Below are positions 9,832 to 18,766 of a DNA stretch of 64,000 bases, piece by piece. The stretch comes from an uncultured Pseudomonadota bacterium (GTDB lineage Bacteria; Myxococcota_A; Polyangia; Fen-1088): assembly GCA_963847705.1 (NCBI GenBank), contig CAWKBC010000001.1, forward strand, positions 128,001 through 192,000, written 5' to 3'. The translations under genes were made by a program, and so were the position numbers. The notes beneath the pieces were generated by a model. The model saw only the letters and a list, made by a program, of their open reading frames with translations, was not told the origin of the DNA and did not search any database. The stretch's first letter is position 1. Every line of letters begins with the position of its first letter.

Positions 9832-9905
9832 GCTACGAAAGACGTCTTCGCTTGGCTTCCCGCGGCGGCCAGGAATGGTCTGAACGAAATGAGGACATTG
9901 GAGCA

Positions 9906-11411
9906 ATGAGCGCAGTAAGCACCCAGGAAGTCTGGTACGTGACAGGCAGTCAAGAGTTGTACGGTCAGGAAACGTTGGACAAGGTCGCGGAGCACTCCCG
10001 CGAAATTGCCGCGTATCTCAGCGATCAGCTGCCGGTGAGGGTTGTCTGCAAGCCCACGCTCACTGGGCCAGAGGCGATCTCGCAGATGTGCCTGGAGGCC
10101 AACGCCGCTCCCCAGTGCGTTGGCCTGATCACCTGGATGCACACCTTTTCGCCCGCGAAGATGTGGGTGAACGGCCTGAATCAACTGACGAAGCCGCTGG
10201 CGCACCTGCACACGCAGTACAACCGCGAGCTCCCCTGGTCGGAGATCGACATGGGGTTCATGAATCTGAACCAGTCGGCCCACGGCGACCGCGAGTACGG
10301 GTTCATCCTGGCCCGACTCCGGCTCGACCGAAAGATCGTGGTCGGTCACTGGCAGGACAGCGCTGTCATGGCCGAGCTCGACGCCTGGTCGCGCGTCGCC
10401 TGCGCCGTCGCCGAGTCGCGCAAGCTGAAGATCGTGCGCTTCGGAGGCATGAACATGCGCGAGGTCGCAGTGACGGGCGGCGACCGCCTGGAGGCCCAGA
10501 TTCAGCTGGGGTGGTCGACGAACGGCTACGGCGTGGGCGATCTGGTGGCGCACATCGCCGAGGTGCGAGACGCCGAGATTGACCAGCTCGTGGAGCAGTA
10601 CGAGGCGCAATACACCGTGGTTCCCGAGCTGCGCCGGGGCGGGGCCAAGCGTGAGAGCCTGCGCTACGCCGCCCGGCAGGAGATCGGGATTCGCGCGTTC
10701 CTCACGGAGGGCGGCTACGGTGCCTTCACCACGACGTTTGAGGACTTGCACGGGCTGAGCCAGCTTCCTGGGCTGGCCGTCCAGCGTCTGATGGCGGACG
10801 GCTACGGCTTTGGCGCCGAGGGCGACTGGAAGGCGGCCGGGCTGGTCCGCCTCATGAAGATCATCGCCGCCGGCCGCAAGGGCGGCGTGTCCTTCATGGA
10901 GGACTACACCTACCACCTGGTGAAGGGTCAGGAGACGATCCTCGGCGCGCACATGCTCGAGATCTGCCCGTCGATCGCCGATCTCGCGGAAGGAAAGCCC
11001 TCGCTGGAGATCCATCCGCTCTCCATCGGCGGCAAGGGTGATCCCTGCCGGCTGGTCTTCAACGCGGCGCCGGGGCCTTCGGTCGCCGCTTCGATCATCG
11101 ACATGGGCGGGCGGCTGCGAATGGTCGTGCAGGAGATGGACGCGGTCAAAGCCGAGCACGCGATGCCGAAGCTCCCCGTGGCGCGCGCCCTCTACGTGCC
11201 GCGGCCGGACTTTCGCCGCGGGTGCCAGGCCTGGCTGCTGGCGGGCGGCGCGCACCACACCTCGTTCAGCCAGGCGGTCACCGGCGAGCAGCTCTCCGAC
11301 CTGGCCGGCATGTTGGGCATCGAGTGCGTGCGCATCGGAAACGACACCGAGCTCGGCGCGCTCAAGAACGAGCTCCGCTGGAACGACGCGGCCTATCGGT
11401 TGGGCCTCTAG
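9906..11411 (+). CDS. araA: L-arabinose isomerase
   Basis: GSQELYG, WMHTFSPAKMW, MNLNQSAHGDRE, GFGAEGDWK, SFMEDYTY, GAHMLE, AGGAHHT. Confidence 0.97.
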   Translation: MSAVSTQEVWYVTGSQELYGQETLDKVAEHSREIAAYLSDQLPVRVVCKPTLTGPEAISQMCLEANAAPQCVGLITWMHTFSPAKMWVNGLNQLTKPLAHLHTQYNRELPWSEIDMGFMNLNQSAHGDREYGFILARLRLDRKIVVGHWQDSAVMAELDAWSRVACAVAESRKLKIVRFGGMNMREVAVTGGDRLEAQIQLGWSTNGYGVGDLVAHIAEVRDAEIDQLVEQYEAQYTVVPELRRGGAKRESLRYAARQEIGIRAFLTEGGYGAFTTTFEDLHGLSQLPGLAVQRLMADGYGFGAEGDWKAAGLVRLMKIIAAGRKGGVSFMEDYTYHLVKGQETILGAHMLEICPSIADLAEGKPSLEIHPLSIGGKGDPCRLVFNAAPGPSVAASIIDMGGRLRMVVQEMDAVKAEHAMPKLPVARALYVPRPDFRRGCQAWLLAGGAHHTSFSQAVTGEQLSDLAGMLGIECVRIGNDTELGALKNELRWNDAAYRLGL

Positions 11412-11418
11412 GCTGCCC

Positions 11419-12144
11419 ATGAAATCGATCTACGCCGATCTGAAAGAAGAGGCCTGGCGGGCGAACATGGAGATCCCGCGCCGGGGGCTGGCCATCTACA
11501 CCTTTGGCAACGTCTCGGCGTTCGACGCCGGGCGCGCGGTGTTCTCCATCAAGCCGAGCGGAGTCGCTTACGAGAACCTCACCGTCGCCGACATGGCCGT
11601 GGTCGACGTCGAGGCCAACCTGGTGGAAGGACACCTCCGGCCATCATCCGACACCAGGACGCACGCCGCGCTCTACCGCGCCTTTCCGGGCGTGGGCGGG
11701 ATCGTCCACACCCACTCGACCTATGCCACCGCCTGGGCCCAGGCGGGCCTGTCGATCCCGATCTACGGCACGACCCACGCAGACCACCTGACCGAGGACG
11801 TCCCTTGCACCGCGGTCATGAGCCCCGAGGCGGTCGAGAGAGACTACGAGGCGGAGACGGGCAAGCAGATCATCGACTGCTTTCGCACGCGTGATCCACT
11901 CCAGACGCCGATGGTGCTGGTGGCCGGGCATGGAGCGTTCGCCTGGGGCAAGACGGCGGACAAGGCGGTGTACCACGCCGTCGTCCTCGAAGAGCTCGCC
12001 AAGATCGCCTCCATCACGCGCAGCCTCGATCCCGGCGCGCGTCGCCTGCCGGAGCACCTCGTTCGCAAGCACTTCGAGCGCAAGCACGGGAAGAGCGCCT
12101 ACTACGGGCAATCGGTCGTCACGCTTCGCAAACCGGCCGGTTGA
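11419..12144 (+). CDS. araD: L-ribulose-5-phosphate 4-epimerase
   Basis: TFGNVS, IKPSGV, PSSDT, VHTHS, YGTTHAD, HFERKHGKSAYYGQ. Confidence 0.95.
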   Translation: MKSIYADLKEEAWRANMEIPRRGLAIYTFGNVSAFDAGRAVFSIKPSGVAYENLTVADMAVVDVEANLVEGHLRPSSDTRTHAALYRAFPGVGGIVHTHSTYATAWAQAGLSIPIYGTTHADHLTEDVPCTAVMSPEAVERDYEAETGKQIIDCFRTRDPLQTPMVLVAGHGAFAWGKTADKAVYHAVVLEELAKIASITRSLDPGARRLPEHLVRKHFERKHGKSAYYGQSVVTLRKPAG

Positions 12145-12177
12145 ACAGCCGGAAAAACCCGGGAGGACGGGTCAACC

Positions 12178-13743
12178 ATGAGACGAGCACTGCAAATTTG
12201 GGGACTGTCGGGGCTGTTGGTGCTGGGCGCCGCGTCGACGCGCGCTCTTGCCCAGGAACCGACCGAAGACGACACCGCACACGACACGCGGGCGGATGCC
12301 CATCACAACACCGAAGAACCCAAAGAGGCCGAGCAGCCGGTCCCGGTCATCGAGCCGGGGGCCGCGACGGGCACGCCAACGGAGGCGGCCATCGCGCCAC
12401 CTTCCGCCACGCTCCCGCCGCCCGCCAGGCCGAAGGTCGGCGATCTCTCGATCACCGGATATTTCCGCGGCGGTTTCGGCGCGGTCCAGCAGGAGTCGTC
12501 CGGACCGGGCATGACGGTCGGCGGCCGCCAGACCTGCTTCTCGCTCTCCAACCCAGCGGGGCTGGTCGCCAAGTACCGGCTCGGCAACGAGTGCGAGGTC
12601 TGGTCCGAGACGCACTTCACGATGGTGACCTACGTGGGGGACGACGGGGTGGTGTCGACCATGCACTTCATGCCGACCGTCTACATCCCCAACACGAACA
12701 TCGGCTACACCCCGAACGGAACGGTCACTTCACCGTCGATTTATACGACCGCCACCGGGGCCACGATCTCCTTTCCCAATCTCTACGTCGACCTCAAGGG
12801 GATCCCTTGGCTCCACGGAGGCACCGCCTGGGCTGGAACCCGCTACTACAAGCGCGAGTCGGTCTACATCAACGACTTCTTCTACTGGAACCCCTCCGGC
12901 GTGGGCGCCGGCGTCGAGGACATCAAGCTCGGCAAGGACCCGCGTCTCAGCCTGGCGGCCTTCGCCGTCGACGGAGAGCCAGCGCCGCCGGCCGACCCCA
13001 CCGCGCCGTTGCTGCCGTCGCAGCTCGACTTCGGCGTTCGCCTCGACGGACAGCTTCGCGGGATCAAGCCGTGGGAGAGTGGTGAGCTTCAGCTCGGGCT
13101 GCAGTACATCTGGGATTACAGCAACCACCCCGATCCGAACACCGGCCTGTCGGTCACGCACGGCGGCTGGGGAGTCACGTTCCAGTACGTGCAGAAGCTG
13201 CTCGGCGGCGACAACAAGCTCGCCTTGCAATATGGCAAGGGGGCGGGGACAGGCTTTGGAACGCTCTCGCGCTTCTACTACCCGGACTTCTCTCTCTACT
13301 TCGACCCGAGTGAGTACCGGTTCCGGTTCGTCGACGTCCTGACCATACAGCCCGTCGCCTGGCTGGGGGGACAGTTCGACGTCATCTACCAGCGTGACCA
13401 GAACTTTCTCGGCGTCGCCGGGCAGAGCACGACCTGGTACTCCGCGGGCGGGCGCTTGAGCTGGGCGGTTCTCGACCACTTCAAGATGGTCGGCGAGATC
13501 GGCTACGATCGTGTGACCAAAAGTATCAGTCCAGATGTGCAACAGCTGACCAAGTACACCATCGCCCCCACGCTGACCACCGGGCCAGGGCTCATGACCC
13601 GCCCCGAGCTGCGCCTCTTTTACACCTACGCGGTCTGGAGCGAGGCGGCGGCGGAGGCCAACGTCGACTCGGGCATGATCTACCGGGCCACCAACCTCTT
13701 GAGCGGCTCCACCTTCGGCATCCAAGCGGAGACCTGGTACTAG
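12178..13743 (+). CDS. LamB-family carbohydrate porin
   Basis: Signal peptide; GYFRGG, KYRLGNECE, WAGTRYYKR, RPELRLF and C-terminal FGIQAETWY are LamB hallmarks; follows araD. Confidence 0.85.
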   Translation: MRRALQIWGLSGLLVLGAASTRALAQEPTEDDTAHDTRADAHHNTEEPKEAEQPVPVIEPGAATGTPTEAAIAPPSATLPPPARPKVGDLSITGYFRGGFGAVQQESSGPGMTVGGRQTCFSLSNPAGLVAKYRLGNECEVWSETHFTMVTYVGDDGVVSTMHFMPTVYIPNTNIGYTPNGTVTSPSIYTTATGATISFPNLYVDLKGIPWLHGGTAWAGTRYYKRESVYINDFFYWNPSGVGAGVEDIKLGKDPRLSLAAFAVDGEPAPPADPTAPLLPSQLDFGVRLDGQLRGIKPWESGELQLGLQYIWDYSNHPDPNTGLSVTHGGWGVTFQYVQKLLGGDNKLALQYGKGAGTGFGTLSRFYYPDFSLYFDPSEYRFRFVDVLTIQPVAWLGGQFDVIYQRDQNFLGVAGQSTTWYSAGGRLSWAVLDHFKMVGEIGYDRVTKSISPDVQQLTKYTIAPTLTTGPGLMTRPELRLFYTYAVWSEAAAEANVDSGMIYRATNLLSGSTFGIQAETWY

Positions 13744-13890
13744 CGCCGCCGCCGCTGACGCGACCGCCGGATGAAGTCCGAGCGTGACGCGGGAGCAGGA
13801 GTCGGTCTGAAGCGGCGGGTGTGCGCGTTTCGTCGACGGGGAAGGTGAAGGTGGTCGACCCGGGGAAATGACGCGTGCTGGAAGCATTTC

Positions 13891-13917
13891 CTGACAACGC
13901 CAGCCCGGGCCAGACAA
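13891..13917 (+). promoter_or_regulatory. Bipartite element CTGACAA-N15-GACAA upstream of the orphan anti-sigma-like gene
   Basis: Exact match. Confidence 0.65.
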
Positions 13918-14051
13918 GACGACATGAGGGTGATGGCGAATCGATTGTGTTTCGCGTTGTCGGAGCGATGCTTGGTGCCACTCCCCGATTGCCGACAGAG
14001 CGTTGCGAACTAGGTATCTGTGTGGCGAATTCCGGGAAAAGGGGTTGGCGG

Positions 14052-14714
14052 GTGACTCGGGTGCCGGGCGCATGGTCGAGCGGTGTGCGAGAGATGCTTG
14101 CCCAGGAGCGGCGGATACCTGCGGTGCCGGCCGCTACCCGGGATCGGGCTCTTGCGCGCGCGTTGGAGGCGATGACCACGATCGCCGCATCACCGCTCGA
14201 ACCGAGACCGCGGCGGAGGTTCCCTTGGGCGGTGTTCGTACCGGTGCTCGGTCTGGCGAGCGCCGCCGGCGGATTGGCTATCTACAGCGCCGGCACCTAC
14301 GCAAAAGCCGTCCCGGCGGTGGCGGTGGCGGTGGCAGCGGGACAAATGCCCCAGTTGATGCCTGAGCGGGAAACGAAGGCCATCGCGATGACTGTCCCGC
14401 GGGTGGAGGTGACAGGTGTGTCTCCCCTTGCTCCGCATGTCCGGAGTCCAGCCGACGGGGAGGTGCATCTCCTGGAGCAAGCACGGGTGGCCTTGGATCG
14501 GGCGGATTTTGCTGCGGCCATGATTCCCCTCGTCGAGCATGCGCGGCGGTTCCAGAACGGACAGCTGGCAGAGGAACGAGAGGCTCTGCGGGTGCGGGCG
14601 CTGTCTGGGCTCGGCCTGCGCGACGAGGTCCGGCGCGCCGCCGCGGACTTCGAAGCGCGGTTTCCACTCAGCCCCCTTTTGCCGGCCGTCACCCGATTGG
14701 CGTCTTCATCATGA
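14052..14714 (+). CDS. Orphan putative anti-sigma membrane protein with TPR-like C-terminus
   Basis: Paralog of 50581 and 53063 (ER..P..P...R.R.L.RA; one TM; EEREALRVRAL...FEARFPLSP); start placed at GTG 14052 by alignment. Confidence 0.6.
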   Translation: MTRVPGAWSSGVREMLAQERRIPAVPAATRDRALARALEAMTTIAASPLEPRPRRRFPWAVFVPVLGLASAAGGLAIYSAGTYAKAVPAVAVAVAAGQMPQLMPERETKAIAMTVPRVEVTGVSPLAPHVRSPADGEVHLLEQARVALDRADFAAAMIPLVEHARRFQNGQLAEEREALRVRALSGLGLRDEVRRAAADFEARFPLSPLLPAVTRLASSS

Positions 14715-14801
14715 CCTCGCGCGGTCACGCTCAGTTGCGTCGACCGGCTGTTTAGGTTGGCGTGGATGATCCCCAGCGTTCCCCCTGACAGGACGGCCGG
14801 A

Positions 14802-16748
14802 ATGTCCCTCTCATGGACGGGGGGAGCGTGCTGGATCTGGACGGTGACGGCCGGGGTGATGGCGATGACTTCCTCCGTCAGGGCGCAGACGCCGGCGACC
14901 GTGGATGTCTCGGTCGACGCGACCGTGGTCGGGACGCCGCTCGAGCGCGTGTGGGCGTTTCACGGCTACGACGAGATCAACTACACGACCACGCCGGAGG
15001 GCGAGGCGTTGCTCGGGGTCATCGCCGCCGCGGACAGCGCACCGGCCCACGTGCGCAGCCACTTCCTTCTCAACACCGGCGACGGCACCCCGGCCATGAA
15101 GTGGGGATCGACGAACGTCTACACTGAGGACGCCGCGGGGAACCCGGTCTACAGCTGGGACCTGACCGACGGGATCATGGACGCCATCACCTCGGTCGGA
15201 GCGTTCCCGCTGGTCGAGCTCGGCTTCATGCCCGAGGCGCTCTCGACCCACCCGACCCCCTACCGCAACTCCAGCACCACCACGCTCGACGGCGGCTGCT
15301 TCTACCCGCCGACCGACTACACGAAGTGGGCGGATCTCATCAGCACGTGGGCGATGCACGCCAGCGCACGCTACCCGAACGTCGCGGCCAGCTGGCTGTG
15401 GGAGCTGTGGAACGAACCCGACTTCAATTACTGGGAGGGGACGCCGGACGAGTACGCGGAGCTCTATGACTACACGGAGTCGGCGCTGCACGCGGTGCTC
15501 CCGGACGCGGCGCTCGGCGGTCCGGCGGTGGCCGGCCCCGGCGGCAGCTTCCTGCCCCAATTTCTCAAACACTGCGCGACCGGGGTCAATGCCGTCACGG
15601 GCGAGATCGGGACCCGGCTCGACCTGGTGACCTTCCACGCGAAGGGCGGCGTCGGCGTGGTGGGGGACCACATCGAGATGGACCTCGGCAACCAGCTTCG
15701 GTTGCACAGAGCCGGGTTCGACGCGGTTGCCGCTGTCCCCCAGTTCAGCCAGACGCCCATCTACGTCACCGAGGCGGATCCCGACGGATGCGCCGCCTGT
15801 CCGGTGAGCGGCACGCCCGCCGATGCGTACCGGTATTCGCCAGCGTACGGCGCTTACGTGATCGCGATGATGAAGCACACCCTCGAGCTCGAGGCCGAGA
15901 TGGGCGTGAAGCTGGGCGGGCTGCTCACCTGGGCGTTCACGTTTCCGGGCACGCCGTATTTCGCCGGGTATCGCACCCTCGCCACGAACGGCATCAACCT
16001 CCCGGTCATGGGCGCGTTCGAGCTGCTGGGCCGCCTGGCCGGGACCCGCTTGCCCCTGACCAGCAGCGGGGCGCGCACGCTGGACGACATTCTTGCGAAC
16101 GGCGTGCTCGGCGAGCCGGACGTCGACGGGATGGCCACATTGAACGGCCCCGCGGTCCAGGTGCTGCTCTGGAACTACCACGACGACATCGTGACGGTCT
16201 CCGCGACGCCGGTGCACCTGGCGGTCGAGGTTCCTTCCAGCTTCGGAGCCACGGCGCGCGTCTCGCACCTGCGCCTCGACGACTCGCACGGCGACGCGTA
16301 CACCGTCTGGGTCTCGCAGGGCATGCCGGCCAGCCCATCGGCAGCGCAGATTGCGGCCCTGCAGCAGGCGATGGATCCCGCGTTGCTGGTTCCGGACCAG
16401 ACCGTCGCGGTGGCGGCGGACGGCACGGTCGGCGTCGACTTCGATCTGCCTCGGTTCGGCGTTTCGCTGGTCACGATTCAACCGGCGGATGGTGCGATCG
16501 ACGGCGGCACCGTCGCCGACGGCTCAGCAGGCGTCGGCGGTGACGGCGGCGGCAATGGCAGCAGTGGGTGCGGGTGTCGCATCGGCGGTCGCGACGTCGG
16601 CGCGGCCAATTCGGCGGCGGCGCTCTCCGGTCTGGCCGCCATGGTCATCGTCATGCTCGCGCGCCGTCGGAGCGCCGGCGAGGTTTCTGCCGAGAAGCGG
16701 TGTCGGAGAAGAAGATGGTCAGCTCTCTCAGGCGCCGACCGAACGTGA
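14802..16748 (+). CDS. GH39 beta-xylosidase-like glycoside hydrolase with MYXO-CTERM-like tail
   Basis: KWGSTNVY, VELGFMP, WELWNEPD, VTEAD; C-terminal SGCGC...hydrophobic...RRRS; exact start uncertain. Confidence 0.85.
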   Translation: MSLSWTGGACWIWTVTAGVMAMTSSVRAQTPATVDVSVDATVVGTPLERVWAFHGYDEINYTTTPEGEALLGVIAAADSAPAHVRSHFLLNTGDGTPAMKWGSTNVYTEDAAGNPVYSWDLTDGIMDAITSVGAFPLVELGFMPEALSTHPTPYRNSSTTTLDGGCFYPPTDYTKWADLISTWAMHASARYPNVAASWLWELWNEPDFNYWEGTPDEYAELYDYTESALHAVLPDAALGGPAVAGPGGSFLPQFLKHCATGVNAVTGEIGTRLDLVTFHAKGGVGVVGDHIEMDLGNQLRLHRAGFDAVAAVPQFSQTPIYVTEADPDGCAACPVSGTPADAYRYSPAYGAYVIAMMKHTLELEAEMGVKLGGLLTWAFTFPGTPYFAGYRTLATNGINLPVMGAFELLGRLAGTRLPLTSSGARTLDDILANGVLGEPDVDGMATLNGPAVQVLLWNYHDDIVTVSATPVHLAVEVPSSFGATARVSHLRLDDSHGDAYTVWVSQGMPASPSAAQIAALQQAMDPALLVPDQTVAVAADGTVGVDFDLPRFGVSLVTIQPADGAIDGGTVADGSAGVGGDGGGNGSSGCGCRIGGRDVGAANSAAALSGLAAMVIVMLARRRSAGEVSAEKRCRRRRWSALSGADRT

Positions 16749-18748
16749 CGGTCACCTACGGCGGGTTGGACCTGGCCGTTGCGGCGCTGGCGGCGGCCGT
16801 GGTCGCCGGGTGGGCGGCGGTGGCCGGGGGCGCCTTCTCGCCGCTGGCGCTCGGCGCCTGCGAGCTCGCCTTCCTGGCGTTCTATCTGGTGGGCTCGCTC
16901 TTTGCGGCCTGGGGCGCCCTGGCGGCGGGCGCCCTCTTCGATCTGCCGCTTCGCCTGCTCATGGGGTACGCCGCCATCAACACGGCGTTGCTCGTCCTGG
17001 CCTGGCTTTCACCGCTCGGCATCGTCGCCAACTTCGGCCTCCTGTTCGCCGCCGCCGCCGCGCTGTTCGTCGCCGGAAGACCGATCCGACAGCGGCCCAA
17101 GGACGACTCCGTCGGTCTCCTGGTCGTCGGACTGTCTCTGGTCGCCGCCACCCTCTGGTGCCAGGACTCGCTCCGCCCGATCGCGGTCGAAGAGAACACC
17201 GTCACCTTCAAGCCGTGGATCGACGGCTTCTATCACGCGGTTCATCTTCGAATCTTCGGCGCCGCCCACGGGGCGTCCACCATCGAGGACTTCCGGATGG
17301 CAGGCGTGCCTGCGCGCCTCTACCACTATGGGGCGTACATGACGCCAGCCTTCATCAAGCAGGCGTCGGGAATCCGTGCGTATGCAGCCTTCGCCGGCAT
17401 TCTGGCGCCGATGGGTGTCTTCTTCACCGGGCTCGGGGCGTACGCTCTCGTCGGATCGTTCTGGGGCAGTTGGCCCGGATTGGCCGCCGCTTCGGCGCTG
17501 CTCCTGCTGCCGGACGGCGCGCAGCAGGGGATGCAGAACAGCTTCATGTCGTATCACTGGCTGACGCAGATCTCGCCCAGCGCGAGCTACGGGTTGGCTC
17601 TGCTGGCGCTGGCCTGGATGTTCGTCCTCCTGGGGTGCCGGCAGGGCAGCCGGGTGCAGTTGATCGCGGGCTGGCTGATCGCGGGGATTCTCACGTTCTA
17701 CAAGCTGCACTTCTTCATCGCGAGCGCTCTGCTGCTGTTGCTGCTGCCTCCGCTGTTTTTTCGTCGGCCGCTCGGGGTTCGCAAGCGAGTCCTGTGGACC
17801 GTCTCTGCCGCCGCCGTGTTTGTCCTGACCGTCATCGGCGTGCAGAAGATCCCTGGCGTTCCTCTCATTCGGCTCGATGGCTCGAGCGTCCGCGAGATCT
17901 TCTCCCTCATCAAAGGGTTCGCTCAGCGCGGGGGGCTCCGCGACCTCCTCGACAGCCGGCTCGGGCCGGAGCATTCGCGGCTCTCGAACCTGACCTTCGG
18001 CGCACCCTATGTCCTGCTCTCCGCCCTCGGTCTCTTCGCGCCCCTGCTGGTGATTCTGGCCATTCGCCTGCGCCGGCGCACCTCACCCGTGCTGGTGATC
18101 TTTCCGTTGCTGCTCGTCGCCAATTTCCTGGCGATGTTCCTGGGGCTGGCGCTCGACCTTCGCAGCAGCACCCCCGACGAGCTCTCGCATCGCCCGATCA
18201 TGATCGTCTACTTTTTCGTGGTGGCCTGGGTGGGCGGGGCCGCCGGCCTGTCGCTGGTCGACTCCCCACGTCTGGGTCGCCTGGCCCGCCCGGCCCTGCT
18301 CTTGGCGGCGGTCTTGCTGCTGGCCGTCCCGGCGTTTCTGGGGGCGGGCGTCCAGCGAATCGCGGCCATGCGCATGTTTTCCCCCGTTCGCGTCCCGCTC
18401 GGCCTGGTGCGGGCCGCCGCGTACATCCGCGACCACGGGGACGGCCAGGACCTGGTCCAGGATTCGCAGTTCGATCGGACCTACGCCCTCGCCGCCCTGG
18501 CCGAGCGGAGGACGTACGCCTCCCGGTCGCTGACGATCATCAGCTACAACATCGACCTCTTGCAGCAGCGGATCGCTTTGGTCGAGCGCTTCATGGACCT
18601 TCGCGACGTCGCCGCGGTCGTGGCGACCGCGCGCCAGCTCGGTCTTCGCTGGTTCCTGCTCGATCCTGGCGACCAGGTCGCCTGGCCGGCCGAGGTGGTC
18701 CAACACCCGGTGTTCGAGCTCGGCGGGTACCGGCTCTATCGCTTCTGA
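16715..18748 (+). CDS. Large polytopic membrane protein, possibly GT-C fold
   Basis: More than 12 hydrophobic segments, WIDGFYH loop, YHYG, soluble C-terminal domain; adjacent to another GT-C-like gene. Confidence 0.55.
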   Translation: MVSSLRRRPNVTVTYGGLDLAVAALAAAVVAGWAAVAGGAFSPLALGACELAFLAFYLVGSLFAAWGALAAGALFDLPLRLLMGYAAINTALLVLAWLSPLGIVANFGLLFAAAAALFVAGRPIRQRPKDDSVGLLVVGLSLVAATLWCQDSLRPIAVEENTVTFKPWIDGFYHAVHLRIFGAAHGASTIEDFRMAGVPARLYHYGAYMTPAFIKQASGIRAYAAFAGILAPMGVFFTGLGAYALVGSFWGSWPGLAAASALLLLPDGAQQGMQNSFMSYHWLTQISPSASYGLALLALAWMFVLLGCRQGSRVQLIAGWLIAGILTFYKLHFFIASALLLLLLPPLFFRRPLGVRKRVLWTVSAAAVFVLTVIGVQKIPGVPLIRLDGSSVREIFSLIKGFAQRGGLRDLLDSRLGPEHSRLSNLTFGAPYVLLSALGLFAPLLVILAIRLRRRTSPVLVIFPLLLVANFLAMFLGLALDLRSSTPDELSHRPIMIVYFFVVAWVGGAAGLSLVDSPRLGRLARPALLLAAVLLLAVPAFLGAGVQRIAAMRMFSPVRVPLGLVRAAAYIRDHGDGQDLVQDSQFDRTYALAALAERRTYASRSLTIISYNIDLLQQRIALVERFMDLRDVAAVVATARQLGLRWFLLDPGDQVAWPAEVVQHPVFELGGYRLYRF

Positions 18749-18766
18749 GGCGCGGCGCGCTCAACC

